In this document: positions 31,898 to 43,200 of the stretch, piece after piece
Layout of the letters: each line of letters opens with the position of its first letter
Numbering within the stretch: the stretch's first letter is position 1
DNA from: Planctomycetota bacterium
GTDB lineage: Bacteria; Planctomycetota; UBA8108; SXIK01
Direction of reading: 5' to 3'
Assembly (NCBI GenBank): GCA_965223845.1
Contig: CBDCXR010000004.1
Coordinates: forward strand, 7,392,001 to 7,456,000
DNA: 64,000 nt
The notes under the pieces: generated by a model
What the model saw: the letters and a program-made list of their open reading frames with translations, nothing else
Told to the model about the DNA's origin: nothing
Database searches by the model: none
Made by a program: the position numbers and the translations under genes

Positions 31898-33247
31898 TCA
31901 CAGACTCCATCCGTCCCGATACTCGCGGTGAAGGAGCCGGTTCGCCTCGGCGTGATTGAGCACTTCGCCCGTGATCGGATCGTAGTCGAAGGACTCGCCG
32001 ATTCGGCCGCTCACGTTGGCGAGCTGAATCAGCTCGGTGAGCGGACCGCCGAACTCGAAGCTCGAAAACGTCTCGCCGCGGCCCTTGCACGCCTCGATCC
32101 ATTCGCGGTGGTGGCCGACTCCGCGCGGGAAGGTCCGGTCCGGTCCTTTCTCGTCCTTGAATTTCGCTTTCGGGAGGAGCGCCGAGCTTCGGTTCCACGG
32201 ATCCGATGAGTAGATGCTCGCCTTCGAGCCGATGAGGAGGGAGCCGAAGCTTCCGATCTCCTCGCCCTGGAGAAGTTCCTTCGGTGGACGCGAGTCCGCG
32301 CCGCTCGAGACCGTGAGAGCCACCGCAGGGAGATCACCTCGGGCCGGAAGGTGGAACCGGACGCGCGTCGAACGCGGATAGCCCTCGTCGTTCACGCCCT
32401 CGGCCTTGCCGTCGACGCGAATGACGTGGTCTCGTCGTGCGCTGTCCGCGGTTTTCTTCCAGAGCTTCTCCAGGCGGAGGCCACGAAAGAGGAAGTTCCC
32501 GGTGTGGCAGCCCATGTCCCCCAATCCGCCGCTCCCGAAGTGTCTCCAGCTTCGCCAGGTGCGCGGGAGGTAGCTCGGGTGATAGGGGCGCGAGGACGCG
32601 GGTCCGAGCCAGAGGTCCCAGTCGAGCTCCGCCGGCACCGCGGGCGTGTCGGCCGGTCTCGTCATCGGTCCGTTCCCGTCTCCGACCCAGAGATACGCCT
32701 CACGGATCGGGCCGGCTGTTCCTGCCCACGCCCACTCGACGGCGCGGCGTACGCCCTCCGATTCGGAGCCCTGGTTTCCCATCTGCGTGACGACGTCGTG
32801 CTTCTTCGCCGCGAGACGCATCGCCCGCGCTTCTCGCACCGTTCGCGTGAGGGGCTTCTCGCAAAAGACGTGCTTCCCGCGCTTCATCGCGGCGATCGAC
32901 GCCACCGCGTGGGTGTGATCGGGCGTGCTCACGACGACGGCATCGATCTGCTTGTCCATGTCGGAGAGCATGCGTCGAAAGTCCCGGTAGAACTTTGCGC
33001 CCGAGAATTTCTTCCGCGCGCCCACGGCCTCTCGCTCGTCGGCGTCGCAGAGTGCGACGATCGATTCGCTCGAGACGCCGGAGAGATTCGCGCGGCCTCG
33101 CCCGCCGACCCCGATCGCGGCGATGCCCAGGCGCTCGTTGGCCGAGTAGCTGAAGGCGATGCGGCGGTCGCAGATGAGGACACCGCTTCCGGCGGCTAGA
33201 GCGCTCTTCAGAAAACGACGTCGGGTGGATCGGGATGGCATGGGCAC
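31898..33247 (-). CDS. Gfo/Idh/MocA oxidoreductase with Tat signal
   Basis: TRRRFLK; IGVGGRG; STPDHTH; CEKPL; QMGNQ; WDLWLGPA; GDMGCH. Confidence 0.92.
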   Translation of the reverse strand: MPMPSRSTRRRFLKSALAAGSGVLICDRRIAFSYSANERLGIAAIGVGGRGRANLSGVSSESIVALCDADEREAVGARKKFSGAKFYRDFRRMLSDMDKQIDAVVVSTPDHTHAVASIAAMKRGKHVFCEKPLTRTVREARAMRLAAKKHDVVTQMGNQGSESEGVRRAVEWAWAGTAGPIREAYLWVGDGNGPMTRPADTPAVPAELDWDLWLGPASSRPYHPSYLPRTWRSWRHFGSGGLGDMGCHTGNFLFRGLRLEKLWKKTADSARRDHVIRVDGKAEGVNDEGYPRSTRVRFHLPARGDLPAVALTVSSGADSRPPKELLQGEEIGSFGSLLIGSKASIYSSDPWNRSSALLPKAKFKDEKGPDRTFPRGVGHHREWIEACKGRGETFSSFEFGGPLTELIQLANVSGRIGESFDYDPITGEVLNHAEANRLLHREYRDGWSL

Positions 33248-33390
33248 GTCTCCTGGCTTCGTTCTCGGTCTTTCGTCTCTCGACGAGGCGGGCCGTCATC
33301 GTCGGGCGAATCGCAGCCGGCATTCAACTGGAAAGCCCGGGGCCGACGCGGATCTCGCGCCTCCACCGGAGGGAGACGGGCGCGACCGAC

Positions 33391-33876
33391 TCACTCGAGC
33401 GGCAGCATCCCCGCGATCACCTCCAGGTCTGCGGCGTGAATCTGAAGCTTCGCGACAAACGCGTAGCGCACGTAGCCGCATCGATCGATGAGAAAGCTGC
33501 TCGGACGCGCGATGTTTCCCCGGGGAAGGGAGAACCGCTGCCAAACCCCGTACGCGCGCGCCACTCTTCGATCCTCGTCGACGGTGACCGGAAACGGCAC
33601 GGGATTTTCGTCGAGGTAGGCCTTGAGGGACCCCGGGCGCTCGCAGAAGACGGCGATGATCTTACATTTCAGGTCCCGCAGCCGATCGTGATGCTGCGAG
33701 AGCTCCGTGAGCCGAGCGCGGCTGTTCGGGTCCCAGCTCCCGCGGAGAAAATCGACGAGGACGGGGCCGCGCATCAAACTCGGTGCCAAACTCACCTCCA
33801 CGCCGTAAGGCGTTTGGAGGGCGAACGCTGGAGGAGTTTCTCCCGCGGCTAGAGGGGAACCTCGTCGATCGCTCAC
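33391..33876 (-). CDS. AhpC/TSA peroxiredoxin-like protein lacking the CxxC cysteines
   Basis: PAFAL, GPVLVDFLRGSWDPNSR, FPVTVDEDRRVARAYGV, RPSSFLIDRCG. Confidence 0.8.
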   Translation of the reverse strand: MSDRRGSPLAAGETPPAFALQTPYGVEVSLAPSLMRGPVLVDFLRGSWDPNSRARLTELSQHHDRLRDLKCKIIAVFCERPGSLKAYLDENPVPFPVTVDEDRRVARAYGVWQRFSLPRGNIARPSSFLIDRCGYVRYAFVAKLQIHAADLEVIAGMLPLE

Positions 33877-33944
33877 GGTGTCTCTCTCTCACTTGGAGTG
33901 ACGGGGCCCGGCGCGCCTCTTCGGCGAGGTGGTAGAATACTCAT

Positions 33945-34264
33945 AGTCCTGTGATTCACCAGTCTGGTGCGCGTTCGCGATCGAGCTTTCACTCGGTGGA
34001 GAACGCGATCGGTCGGTGGGACCCAGTACGAGACGGCGATCCAACTCGCCGCGAAGTGAAGCCTAGCCGGTGAGGTCGACGTCGTCCACGCCTCGCGATT
34101 CGTTGTCTAGGGTCGATGTGAGACTCGACCCCAATCGCGGCGAGGCCGAATCATACCGAACCGCATTGAGCCGTACCGACACCGACCGCCGGTGTCGACT
34201 CGAGTGACGGTGGACGCCGTGATCGAATCGCGGTCGTCGGTCGCACTCGAACCGGGCTCTTTTT
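33945..34264 (+). ncRNA. Candidate structured non-coding RNA or leader (about 320 nt)
   Basis: Extended -10 TGGTAGAAT at 33930-33938; multiple nested helices; ends at a T-run; no credible ORF. Confidence 0.5.
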
Positions 34265-34300
34265 CGTCGCACCCGCTTGCCCCGCCCGCAGAGAAAAGCG

Positions 34301-34969
34301 ATGAAGTCGTCCCACGTTCAATTTTCCGACTCCCTCGACGGACGTCTCCGCGTCGGCGTCGTGCTCCTCAAGCGCGTCGTCAACGGTCCGACCACGTCGG
34401 CGCTGCGCGAGCGCATCGAGGCGACGACGGCCGAGTTTCGTCACACCATCGGCTCGCGAGCCCTCACCGAGCTCGAGCCCGTCAAGAGAACTCGCCGCCT
34501 CTATCACGCCCTCGGCGCCGACCCGACGAAGGATCGCCCCGCCTCGGAGCGCCTCCTCCGGCGCGTCGTCCGCGAGCAGCCGTTTCCCGAGGTGAACCAA
34601 CTCGTCGACGCGCTCAATCTCGTCAGTCTGAGCCTACAGTGCCCGGTCGGCGCCTACGATTGGGACCAGCTCGCGCCTCCGGTTCTCGTCCGGATCGGTC
34701 GACCCGACGAGACGTTCATCGTCGGCGCCGGGCGGCGGGTGCGGGCCGGCGGCCGGATGGTGCTCGTCGATGGCGACGGTCTCTTCGGGAGCCCGAGCCA
34801 AGACTCCTCCCGCGCCGCGATCGAGCCCGGGACGGTTCGAGCGCTCGTCGTCACTTGGTTCCCGGCGGACGTGTCGAACGCCGAGATCGAGAACGCGACG
34901 GCCGAGGTGATCCACGCCGCCGAGACGTACTGTGAGGCCGCGGCCGACGAGTCGGGAATCCTCGGCTAG
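34301..34969 (+). CDS. Stand-alone B3/B4 domain protein (PheRS beta editing domain-like)
   Basis: LGADPTKDRPASERLLRR, VNQLVDALNLVSL, PVGAYD. Confidence 0.85.
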   Translation: MKSSHVQFSDSLDGRLRVGVVLLKRVVNGPTTSALRERIEATTAEFRHTIGSRALTELEPVKRTRRLYHALGADPTKDRPASERLLRRVVREQPFPEVNQLVDALNLVSLSLQCPVGAYDWDQLAPPVLVRIGRPDETFIVGAGRRVRAGGRMVLVDGDGLFGSPSQDSSRAAIEPGTVRALVVTWFPADVSNAEIENATAEVIHAAETYCEAAADESGILG

Positions 34970-35085
34970 TCGGGGCGTCTTCTCGGTCGCGCGGCCGAGC
35001 CCGACGCATAGAATATGCGCGTGCCTCTGCGCGGCGTCGAGATCCTCTTCGACGCTTCGGCGGAGCGAGTCGACGGAGCCCTCAT

Positions 35086-35982
35086 TTGGACGAACCCAGC
35101 TCGGACCGGAGAAACGAGCGCGACGCTTCGGTCACCGCCTCGCTCGCGCAGCTCGACGCCCTCGTTCGCCTATTGGGTGACGAAGACGAGAACGTTCTTC
35201 GCGTCGTGTGGGATGAGCTCGAGCGACTCGGGACGGCTGCGCTCCCCGCGCTCCGCGAGGCGCGCCGAGAGCACTGCGACGAACGGGTCCGCGTTCAAGC
35301 GGAGCGATTTCTCCGCGAATGGCACCGCCGCGGCGTGTTTCGCGAGTGGGTGCAGTTCTGCCGGCGCGGACGCTGGGATCTCGAAGAAGGATCGTTTCTC
35401 GTCGCGCGCTCCGAGCGTCCGGACTGCGACGTCGGCGCGTGCGCAGCTCGACTCGACGAGCATGCGAACACCTTGCGCCGCCGCGTCGAAGCGGCGCCGA
35501 CACCCGACGCGGCGGTGACGAAGGTGACGCAGTATCTGTTCGACGAACTCGGTTTCACCGGTAACTCCACACGCTACGACGATCCGGACAACAGCTATCT
35601 CGACCGCGTCCTCGAGCGGAAGATCGGCATCCCGATCAGCCTCTCCGCCGTCGTGTTGCTCGTGTGTCGACGTCTAGCGCTCCGAGTCACAGGAGTTGGC
35701 ACCCCGGGACACTTTCTTCTCAAGTTTCGGGGCGCGAGCGGAGAGCGGTTCGTCGATGCGTTCCACGGCGGACGGATTCTCGACACCCGAGAATGCGCCC
35801 GGCTGCTCGCGACGGTCGGCGTCCAGCTCGAGTCGCGCCACCTCCGCGCGGTCGACGATCAGACGATTCTGATTCGGATGCTGAACAACCTGTTCAAGGT
35901 CTACTGGGACGCGGGCGACACGCGGCGGTCGAATCGAGTCGCGGCGATGGCGAAGCTCTTGAGCTCAGAGGCGGGCGACTGA
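35086..35982 (+). CDS. Transglutaminase-like SirB1 family protein
   Basis: LGFTGN..YDDPDNSYLDRVLERKIGIPISLS, PGHFLL, ILIRMLNNL. Confidence 0.88.
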   Translation: MDEPSSDRRNERDASVTASLAQLDALVRLLGDEDENVLRVVWDELERLGTAALPALREARREHCDERVRVQAERFLREWHRRGVFREWVQFCRRGRWDLEEGSFLVARSERPDCDVGACAARLDEHANTLRRRVEAAPTPDAAVTKVTQYLFDELGFTGNSTRYDDPDNSYLDRVLERKIGIPISLSAVVLLVCRRLALRVTGVGTPGHFLLKFRGASGERFVDAFHGGRILDTRECARLLATVGVQLESRHLRAVDDQTILIRMLNNLFKVYWDAGDTRRSNRVAAMAKLLSSEAGD

Positions 35983-36083
35983 GCTCGCTGGCGGTTTCCG
36001 TTTGGGCGGGCGGTGGACCGTGCCGTCGAGCTCAGCTTGCCGGAGGGCGCTCGAGATCGAACTCGTCGGGCGCGAGCACCGAT

Positions 36084-37232
36084 CTACACCTCGAGCTCCT
36101 TCGGAAACCGGTTCAGGTTGCGCGAGCCATCGTGTGTCACGAGGAGTAGATCCTCGAGCCGAACCGCACCGACTCCCGGGTAGTAGAGTCCGGGCTCGAC
36201 GGTGACGACCTCGCCCGCCTGAAGAGTGCTCGGGAGGCGACCGAGCCGCGGCAGCTCGTGGATGTCGAGACCGAGTCCGTGGCCCGTGCCGTGAATGAAC
36301 CCGGTTTTCTTTCCCGAGACCTCACCGTTTTCGTTCCCGAGCTCCTTGAGTTTCTCGACGACCGCTTGGTGGACCGCTCGACCGTCCACACCGTGGCGTA
36401 GCATGCTGATCGCGAGCTCCTGCGCGGCGAAAACGTCGGCGTACAGTTTCTTTACCGCGGCGGACGCCTCGCCGCGAACGACCGTGCGCGTCATGTCCCC
36501 CCAGTACCGGTTCGCCGTCGAGTGCGGAAAGATGTCGAGGATGATCGTTTGGTGGGCCGGAAGCGGACCCGAGCCGCGGTGGTGCGGATCGGCTCCTTGA
36601 TCGCCGCCGGCGACGATGATCAACGATCCGTCGCAGTCGCGATCGAGGAGGAAGCGCTGGATCTCCCGGCGAAGGAGCTCCGAAGTGAGCTCGACGCCGC
36701 GCCAACGGAGACGATCTCCCGCGATGTCGCTTTCGCGCAGGATGTCGACGGCGAGCTGCATCGCGCTTTCGGCGTGAGCTTGCACTTCCTCGATGGCCGC
36801 GAGCTCCGCCTCGGTCTTGACGTTCCGCTCCGGAAAGAACGGATCGGGCTGAGTCAGCACGCGGTAGCCGAGCTTCGCCAGGCTCTCCGCGTATCCGAGC
36901 GCGAAGCTCAGCGGGACGACGAGCTCTAGGGCGGATGCGTCATCGCCGATGCGGTCGCGAAGAAACCGATCGACCACCGCGGTGATGCTCGGGGTCTCGC
37001 CCTTTTCCTCGAGCGCTAATTCGTACGGAGTGGTCGAGACGAGCTCGTCGACATCGGCCTCATCCCCGGCCCGGCCGTATTCGAGATCGTTGACCATGAG
37101 AATCCGCTGGCCGGTGAGCTCGAGGTAGGCGACAGCACCTCCGACGAGGAAATGAGTGGCGTAGTAGAGGTCGGCGTTGGTCTCGCTGTCGCCGATGATG
37201 AGACGCGCGCGGCGCGGTTCGTTCGAGCTCAT
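36084..37232 (-). CDS. Xaa-Pro peptidase (M24 family)
   Basis: ILDIFP, YWGDMTRT, HGTGHGLGLDIHE, TVEPGLY, VRLED. Confidence 0.92.
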   Translation of the reverse strand: MSSNEPRRARLIIGDSETNADLYYATHFLVGGAVAYLELTGQRILMVNDLEYGRAGDEADVDELVSTTPYELALEEKGETPSITAVVDRFLRDRIGDDASALELVVPLSFALGYAESLAKLGYRVLTQPDPFFPERNVKTEAELAAIEEVQAHAESAMQLAVDILRESDIAGDRLRWRGVELTSELLRREIQRFLLDRDCDGSLIIVAGGDQGADPHHRGSGPLPAHQTIILDIFPHSTANRYWGDMTRTVVRGEASAAVKKLYADVFAAQELAISMLRHGVDGRAVHQAVVEKLKELGNENGEVSGKKTGFIHGTGHGLGLDIHELPRLGRLPSTLQAGEVVTVEPGLYYPGVGAVRLEDLLLVTHDGSRNLNRFPKELEV

Positions 37233-37426
37233 AAACCCTTGACCGATCGGAGAAAACGACGCCGTCGAGACGCACGCGTTCCGTCTCGACTCGCGGCGGC
37301 TCGATCGCTGCCGCGTCGCCGAATCGTCTCATCCTCCGGCGTTGCGTCCTACTTCTTTTCCGCCCTCGGGGCGAACTGACGAATCTCCGGGCTCGAACGC
37401 GGAGAGTCGACCGCCGGGCGACGGTC

Positions 37427-38674
37427 TCAGTCCGTCTCGTCGAATGCGCCCGTCTCGAGCACGCGGGCGATCTCGGCGAGAAACTGATCCGCGACGGCAC
37501 CGTCGATGAGTCGGTGGTCGTAGGTGAGGCTGAGGTACGCCATCGTTCGGGCGACGATCGCGTCGGTCTTCTCGTCGACGGTGGGGCGCTTCTCGATCTT
37601 CCCCAGGCAGAGGATCGCAACCTGAGGTTGATGGATGATCGGCGTTCCGATGAGAGCGCCGAAAACGCCGGGATTCGTGATCGTGAACGTGCCGCCGCGG
37701 ACTTCCTCCGGGCGAAGCTCCTTCGCTCGCGCGCGCGTCGCCACGTCCTGGATTCGTTCGGCGAGCGCTTCCGTCGAGAGCGAGTTCGCTTCCGGGATCA
37801 CCGGGACGATGAGCCCGTTCTCGAGAGCGACCGCTATGCCCAGGTTCACGCTGCTGTGATAGACGACCTTGTCGCCGCGGATCGACGCATTGAGCGTAGG
37901 CCAGTTCGCGAGGGCATCACACACTGCGCGGGAGACGAACGCGAGGTACGTGAGATTCACACCGGACGCCGCGAGTCGATCCCTCCGCTCCGCGCGCAGC
38001 TCCCGCACGCGAGTCATGTCGACTTCGAACACGCTCGTGACGTGCGCCGAAGTGCGGCGACTCGCAACCATGTGCTCGGCGATGCGCTGACGCATCCGAG
38101 ACATCGTCTCGACCCGTTCGGCGTGGGGGAAGGCGTCGCGGCTTTCGAGGAAGCTGAGAAGATCTTCCTTCGTCACTCGCCCTTGCGTACCGGAGCCGGT
38201 GAGTTGACTGAGATCGACACCGTGCTCGTCGGCCAGCCGGCGGACGAGCGGAGAGGATTTCGTTCGGAGTCGTTCCCCGCGCGTCGCTCCCGCGGATGCG
38301 ACGGCGGAGGTGCGCTGAGGCGACGGATTCGGCGAGTCGGCTTCGGCCGACGCATCCGGCACCTCTTGCTTCCCTCGCTCGCGGGGGATCTCGGTGGAAG
38401 CACGACCGCTCGCTCGCGAGCTCGGCCGCGCGTCCGCGTCGGTCGAGAGAACGCACACCGCGGTGTCGACGGGGACCGTCTCGCCTTCTGCGACCAGGAT
38501 CTGGGTGAGGTACCCTTCCGCCGGCGCGGGGATCTCCGAGTCGACCTTGTCCGTCGAAATCTCGAAGAGAAGCTCGTCCCGCTCGACGAACTCGCCGACC
38601 TCCTTGAACCAGCGCACCATCGTGCCTTCCGCGATGCTCTCGCCCATCTGCGGCATATGCACTTCGGTGTCCAT
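37427..38674 (-). CDS. 2-oxoacid dehydrogenase E2 dihydrolipoamide acyltransferase
   Basis: Lipoyl domain EISTDKVDSE; SPLVRRLA..GRVTKED; GGTFTITNPG; YDHRLIDG. Confidence 0.93.
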   Translation of the reverse strand: MDTEVHMPQMGESIAEGTMVRWFKEVGEFVERDELLFEISTDKVDSEIPAPAEGYLTQILVAEGETVPVDTAVCVLSTDADARPSSRASGRASTEIPRERGKQEVPDASAEADSPNPSPQRTSAVASAGATRGERLRTKSSPLVRRLADEHGVDLSQLTGSGTQGRVTKEDLLSFLESRDAFPHAERVETMSRMRQRIAEHMVASRRTSAHVTSVFEVDMTRVRELRAERRDRLAASGVNLTYLAFVSRAVCDALANWPTLNASIRGDKVVYHSSVNLGIAVALENGLIVPVIPEANSLSTEALAERIQDVATRARAKELRPEEVRGGTFTITNPGVFGALIGTPIIHQPQVAILCLGKIEKRPTVDEKTDAIVARTMAYLSLTYDHRLIDGAVADQFLAEIARVLETGAFDETD

Positions 38675-38842
38675 CGTGAGCACTCCGTTCTCCGTCGTTC
38701 GCCCTCCGTGCGGGCGGTGCTGCCACAGATCTACGGCATGGAACGGGAGTTTTCAACGGCGTGGTGGCTGCTTCGCCGGGGGGGAGCGGGAGGTTCCCCC
38801 CGCGTGCGCTCCGGGGCGGCAGGATCGATCGAATGTCGGCGG

Positions 38843-39451
38843 TCAGCGCTCGTTCGCGACGGGATCGATACGGCGGATCCGATGGAGCCGCGACGGTATC
38901 TCGATCGGGAGAGCACCGGCGAGCCGGATCCCGGTGTGAACGATCACCCGCCCACCGTCGTCCGCGAGGAAGAGGTAGACGTCGTCGCGGTGGGCGTCGG
39001 CGGCGAAGAGCGAGCTGCCGTCGCGCTCGGCACGTGAGCGAGCGTTCTCGAAGGAGAGAGTCCACTCGATCCCGAAGCGTTCGGCAGCCTCCGAATCGGG
39101 TGCCGCACGAAAGAGCGAGAGCGTCTCGTCCGCGGGGAGCGGATCGCCGAAAGTGCGCAATCGTTCGCAGCTTGCGCGGAAAAACGCCCGGCGGGCGAGC
39201 TCGGTCGTCGCCGCGCGCGCGTCGATATTGGCCCAAGCGGCGGCGAGAATCGGCTCGTAGGCGAAGCGCTGGAGGAGGCCGAGAGCGTTTCGATCGATGA
39301 ACTCGAGCCAGCGCGCGCGCGGAATCAGGCGGAGTGCCTCCGCGGGATGCTTCCCGCGAAGCGCCTCCTCGAGAGCGTCGCTGGAACCGTCTAACGCTAG
39401 CGCAGTGTCGATAGAGACGAATTGCGTTTCGTCGTGAGTCAAAGCATTCAC
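38843..39451 (-). CDS. Hypothetical protein (start uncertain)
   Basis: Long ORF with typical protein composition filling the gap upstream of the E2 gene. Confidence 0.55.
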   Translation of the reverse strand: MNALTHDETQFVSIDTALALDGSSDALEEALRGKHPAEALRLIPRARWLEFIDRNALGLLQRFAYEPILAAAWANIDARAATTELARRAFFRASCERLRTFGDPLPADETLSLFRAAPDSEAAERFGIEWTLSFENARSRAERDGSSLFAADAHRDDVYLFLADDGGRVIVHTGIRLAGALPIEIPSRLHRIRRIDPVANER

Positions 39452-39675
39452 CTCGCGTTTGGAATTCTCGATTCCGGCCACTCTCTTGCGCACTCTGCGG
39501 AGTGTGGATGATCTCCACAAGTTCCGTGCCAACGCCGTAGCCCCGGCGACGTTGATCCGACCCGTAGGACACGGTACAAGGGACAGGACCGCTCGTGACG
39601 CCGTCGAGTCGTTTCGCTGCGTCATGCCAAAAGCCGGGACACGGCGGCCCGATTCGAACCGCACACGGAGGACCG

Positions 39676-40023
39676 GTGAGCCGAGAGGTCTACACGGCGA
39701 GCAACGAACACGACGCGCGCGACATCGTCGAGCGACTCGCCGAGCGCGGAATCCGTAGCTTCGTCCGCGGCGAACCGATGCGGATCCTCGGGATCGAGAT
39801 CCCGATCGGGCAGGTCTTTCCCACCGTTTGCGTCCGCGCCGCGGCGGATCTCGAGCGAGCTCGCGAGGCGGTGGACGCGATCCTCGCCGAGCGCGGGGAG
39901 CGACCGGTCGAGCCCCGCTGGACCTGCGCGTGCGGCGAAACACTCGACGGGCAGTTCACGAAGTGCTGGAGCTGCGGCGAGGCGCGCCCCGACTCCGCCG
40001 ATCCGGATTCGCGCGAAATCTGA
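39676..40023 (+). CDS. DUF2007-like protein with C-terminal zinc ribbon
   Basis: GGAGG + GTG; LAERGIRSFVRGE; WTCACGE...FTKCWSCG. Confidence 0.8.
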   Translation: MSREVYTASNEHDARDIVERLAERGIRSFVRGEPMRILGIEIPIGQVFPTVCVRAAADLERAREAVDAILAERGERPVEPRWTCACGETLDGQFTKCWSCGEARPDSADPDSREI

Positions 40024-40219
40024 GGGATTCCCAGCTCGGGATTCGTCGGATGCCCGGGGCGACGGTCGAGTCGCGGAGACGCTACTTCGTTGACCGCCGC
40101 TCCGGGGTCGGGGACACTTCGAGTCGGGGATTGGTGATCGAGGAACCCGTCGAACCGACAGGAAACAGACTCTGTTTCGCTGCACGCCCAAGGAGGAAGC
40201 TGTGGCCTTCGATTCAGAA

Positions 40220-43200
40220 ATGATCTTCACCCGTCGTCGCTCCGGTGTCGGCTTGCTCGCGTTGCTCGCGCTCGTCGTGTCGGCAGCAGTTCCGATCCCA
40301 TCGTCGTACGCCGCCGAAAAGGTGAGATCGTACTCGTGCGGTGAGGAAGATCCGGATGGCGACATCGGCGAGGAAGTGATCGAGACGATCGATGAAACGA
40401 GTCCACCGACGCAGGATGCGAACGGCGATCCTGTCGAAGACGGGCAGGGCGAGTTCGTCTCGCTTCTCGGTGCCGGGGGACCGACTTACGTCGAGGGGCG
40501 TGACGGCGAAGGCAGTCTCGCGATCGACTTCGACGGCGTCGATGACGAGCTCACCTCGCCGGCGTTCGACCCGCGGAACTTCGGTACGTTCGCCTCTCTC
40601 AGTCAGGCTTGGGTGAGGCCGGACGCCGCGAAGCAGGGCACGCGGCAGGCGGTGTGGAGTCTCGGAAACGACAACGGGGGCGTGGGAATCACCGAAGACG
40701 GCAAGTGGGAAATGATCGCGGTCAGCATCATCCAAGACACCGCGTCGGACACCGACGTCGCGTTCGACGAATGGACTCACCTCGCGGTTCTTCGCGGGGG
40801 AAACGGCGCGGAGCTTTACGTCAACGGCGCTCTCGTCGCGTCGGGAGCGAACTTTTGGAACGGCATCGGACAGGTCTCCGTCGGCCGGAGAACGGCGGGT
40901 GATCCGTTCTACTTCGATGGCGCGATCGACGATTTCAATATCGCGGGCTTCTCCGACTTCGATTTCGATGCGTTTCGCGACATCGACTTTTTCGGGGGCG
41001 GGGCGAGCGATGTGGTCGGCGACGTCAATCAAGACGGAGTCGTCGACGACGTGGACTACGGGATTTGGGCTGAGAATGTCGGCTTCGACAACGAGCTCGG
41101 AGGTGGAGACGGCAACACGCTCCTCATGGGAGATGTCGACCAGAACGGACGCGTGAACTACTTCGATTTCCAGGTCATAGCTGCGGCAGCGGATGTTCCG
41201 ATCGCACCGGCTCTCGACGACTCCGGTGTGGTCGCGGTCGACGATTTCCTCAATCGGCAGCCGACGAAGGCGCTCGGTCCCGGTGGGGGATTCAATTTTC
41301 AAAACTACGACGGAGGGCGGGGAACCTGGACGGCGCCGTGGGTATCGGTCGGAAACGGAATCATCACCGGCGCGGACTTCGAGCCGCGGGAACGTCGCTT
41401 CATGGCGCTGACGACGACTGGACTCAGTGCGAACAACCTGTCTCGCGGATTCAGCGTGGAGGGACTCCCCGAGGACGAAACACTTTATTTCGCGGCGCGG
41501 TTTCTGATTCCGGAGGGCGGCTCGCCGCCCGGAAGTCTCATCCTCAATCCGGCGGGCGAGGAGTTTCAGGAGATCAGCATCGCCGTCGATCCGGCGACTG
41601 GATTCTCGATTACACTCGGCGAGATGATCGAGTTCTCGTTCGATCCGATCGAGATCGAGACGAACGTGCTGCACCAAATCGTCGGTAAGCTGGAGTTCAA
41701 CTCGGCCGGGGCGAACGAAGTGCTGAGCGCATGGCTCAACCCGGAGGATCTCGAAGACGGCGAGTTCGAGCTCATCACCGAATCGGATGTCGTCAACGGT
41801 CTCGAAGATCTCGTCGGGACGCTCACGCTCGACCGCGGTACGCAGGGTGGCGGGGCGCTCTTCTGGGACGACGTCGCGATCGGGACGAGTTGGGAGGCGG
41901 TCACGAATGTCGACATTTCGCGCCTCGCGCTTCGAGTCAATGCCGAGACGGGCGCGGTAAGCCTTGTCAACGGCACCCCCGACGACGTCGAGCTCAAGTA
42001 TTACGAGATCGCGTCGGAGGGCGGATCGTTGAGCGTGGACGGTTGGTCGAGTCTCGCGGAAGGCGGAGTCGACGGCTGGGCCGTGAACAGCCCGACGGCG
42101 AATCTGCTCACCGAGTCGAACTTCACCGGCGGGACGACGATCGCCGCGGGCGGCTCGATCGATCTCGGCATGCTGTACCAGACCGACAAGCCGCAGGATT
42201 TGGTCGCGAGGTACGCGACGACGCAGCTTCTCTTCAACGCGGCGCGCCTCGACCGCGACGAGGATGGGGTCTTCGACACGGTCGACAATTGCGCTGCGAC
42301 TCCGAACGCCGACCAAGCCGACGCGGACGACGACGGACTCGGCGACGTCTGTGACAACTGCCCCGAAGCGAGCAACCGCGATCAAGTCGATCTCGACGAG
42401 GACGGGGTTGGGAACGCGTGCGACGATGAAGTCGCCGACACCTACCGCGACTGGTCGCCGACGGGGTCCCAGGGCGAGAACAATATGTACTACGGCTACT
42501 TCGACGTGACGCAGGATCTTGCGGACGGCGGAGACGGCGTGTACGCGGCGGAGAAACTCACTCTGTTCCTCAACGACGAGTCGAACATCATCTCGGGGGA
42601 TGCCGCGCTCTGGCGGGAATCACCGAATCATTGGAACGGCAACGCGTGGGACATCACCTCCGCCGGCGCGCCGCCGTGGACATTTCTCGGCCGGCTGGAC
42701 CTGCACCCGAACGACCCGGATCCCGAAGCGGAACATTGGGTCGTGCGTCGCTGGGAGAGCGACCGGAGCGGGAACATCTCGATCCTCTGGCACATGCACC
42801 ACGAGAATGTGGCCTGCGGCGGAAACGGCGTCGGCGGGCTCCTCTATCACAACGATACGCTCGTCGACGAAGCGGCCGTCTCGAGTCCGTTCGAACCCGC
42901 GGTGACGCGAACCGTCGAGCTCACGGTCGGACGTGGCGACACGATCGACCTCGTTCTGAACGCGATCGGGCCGAACGGTATGAATGAGGACGACTGCGAC
43001 GGCTCGCAGAACTGGTTCCTCGTCACCTCGACCGACGCCGAACCGACGTTCAACCGCGGCGACGTCAACGGACAGGGAGCGACGCCCGTCGACATCGCCG
43101 ACGCGATCGGGCTTCTCAACCACCTCTTCGGCGACGCGCCTCCGCCGATCTGCGAAGACTCCGCGGATGCGAATGACGACGGAGCGATCAACATCGCCGA

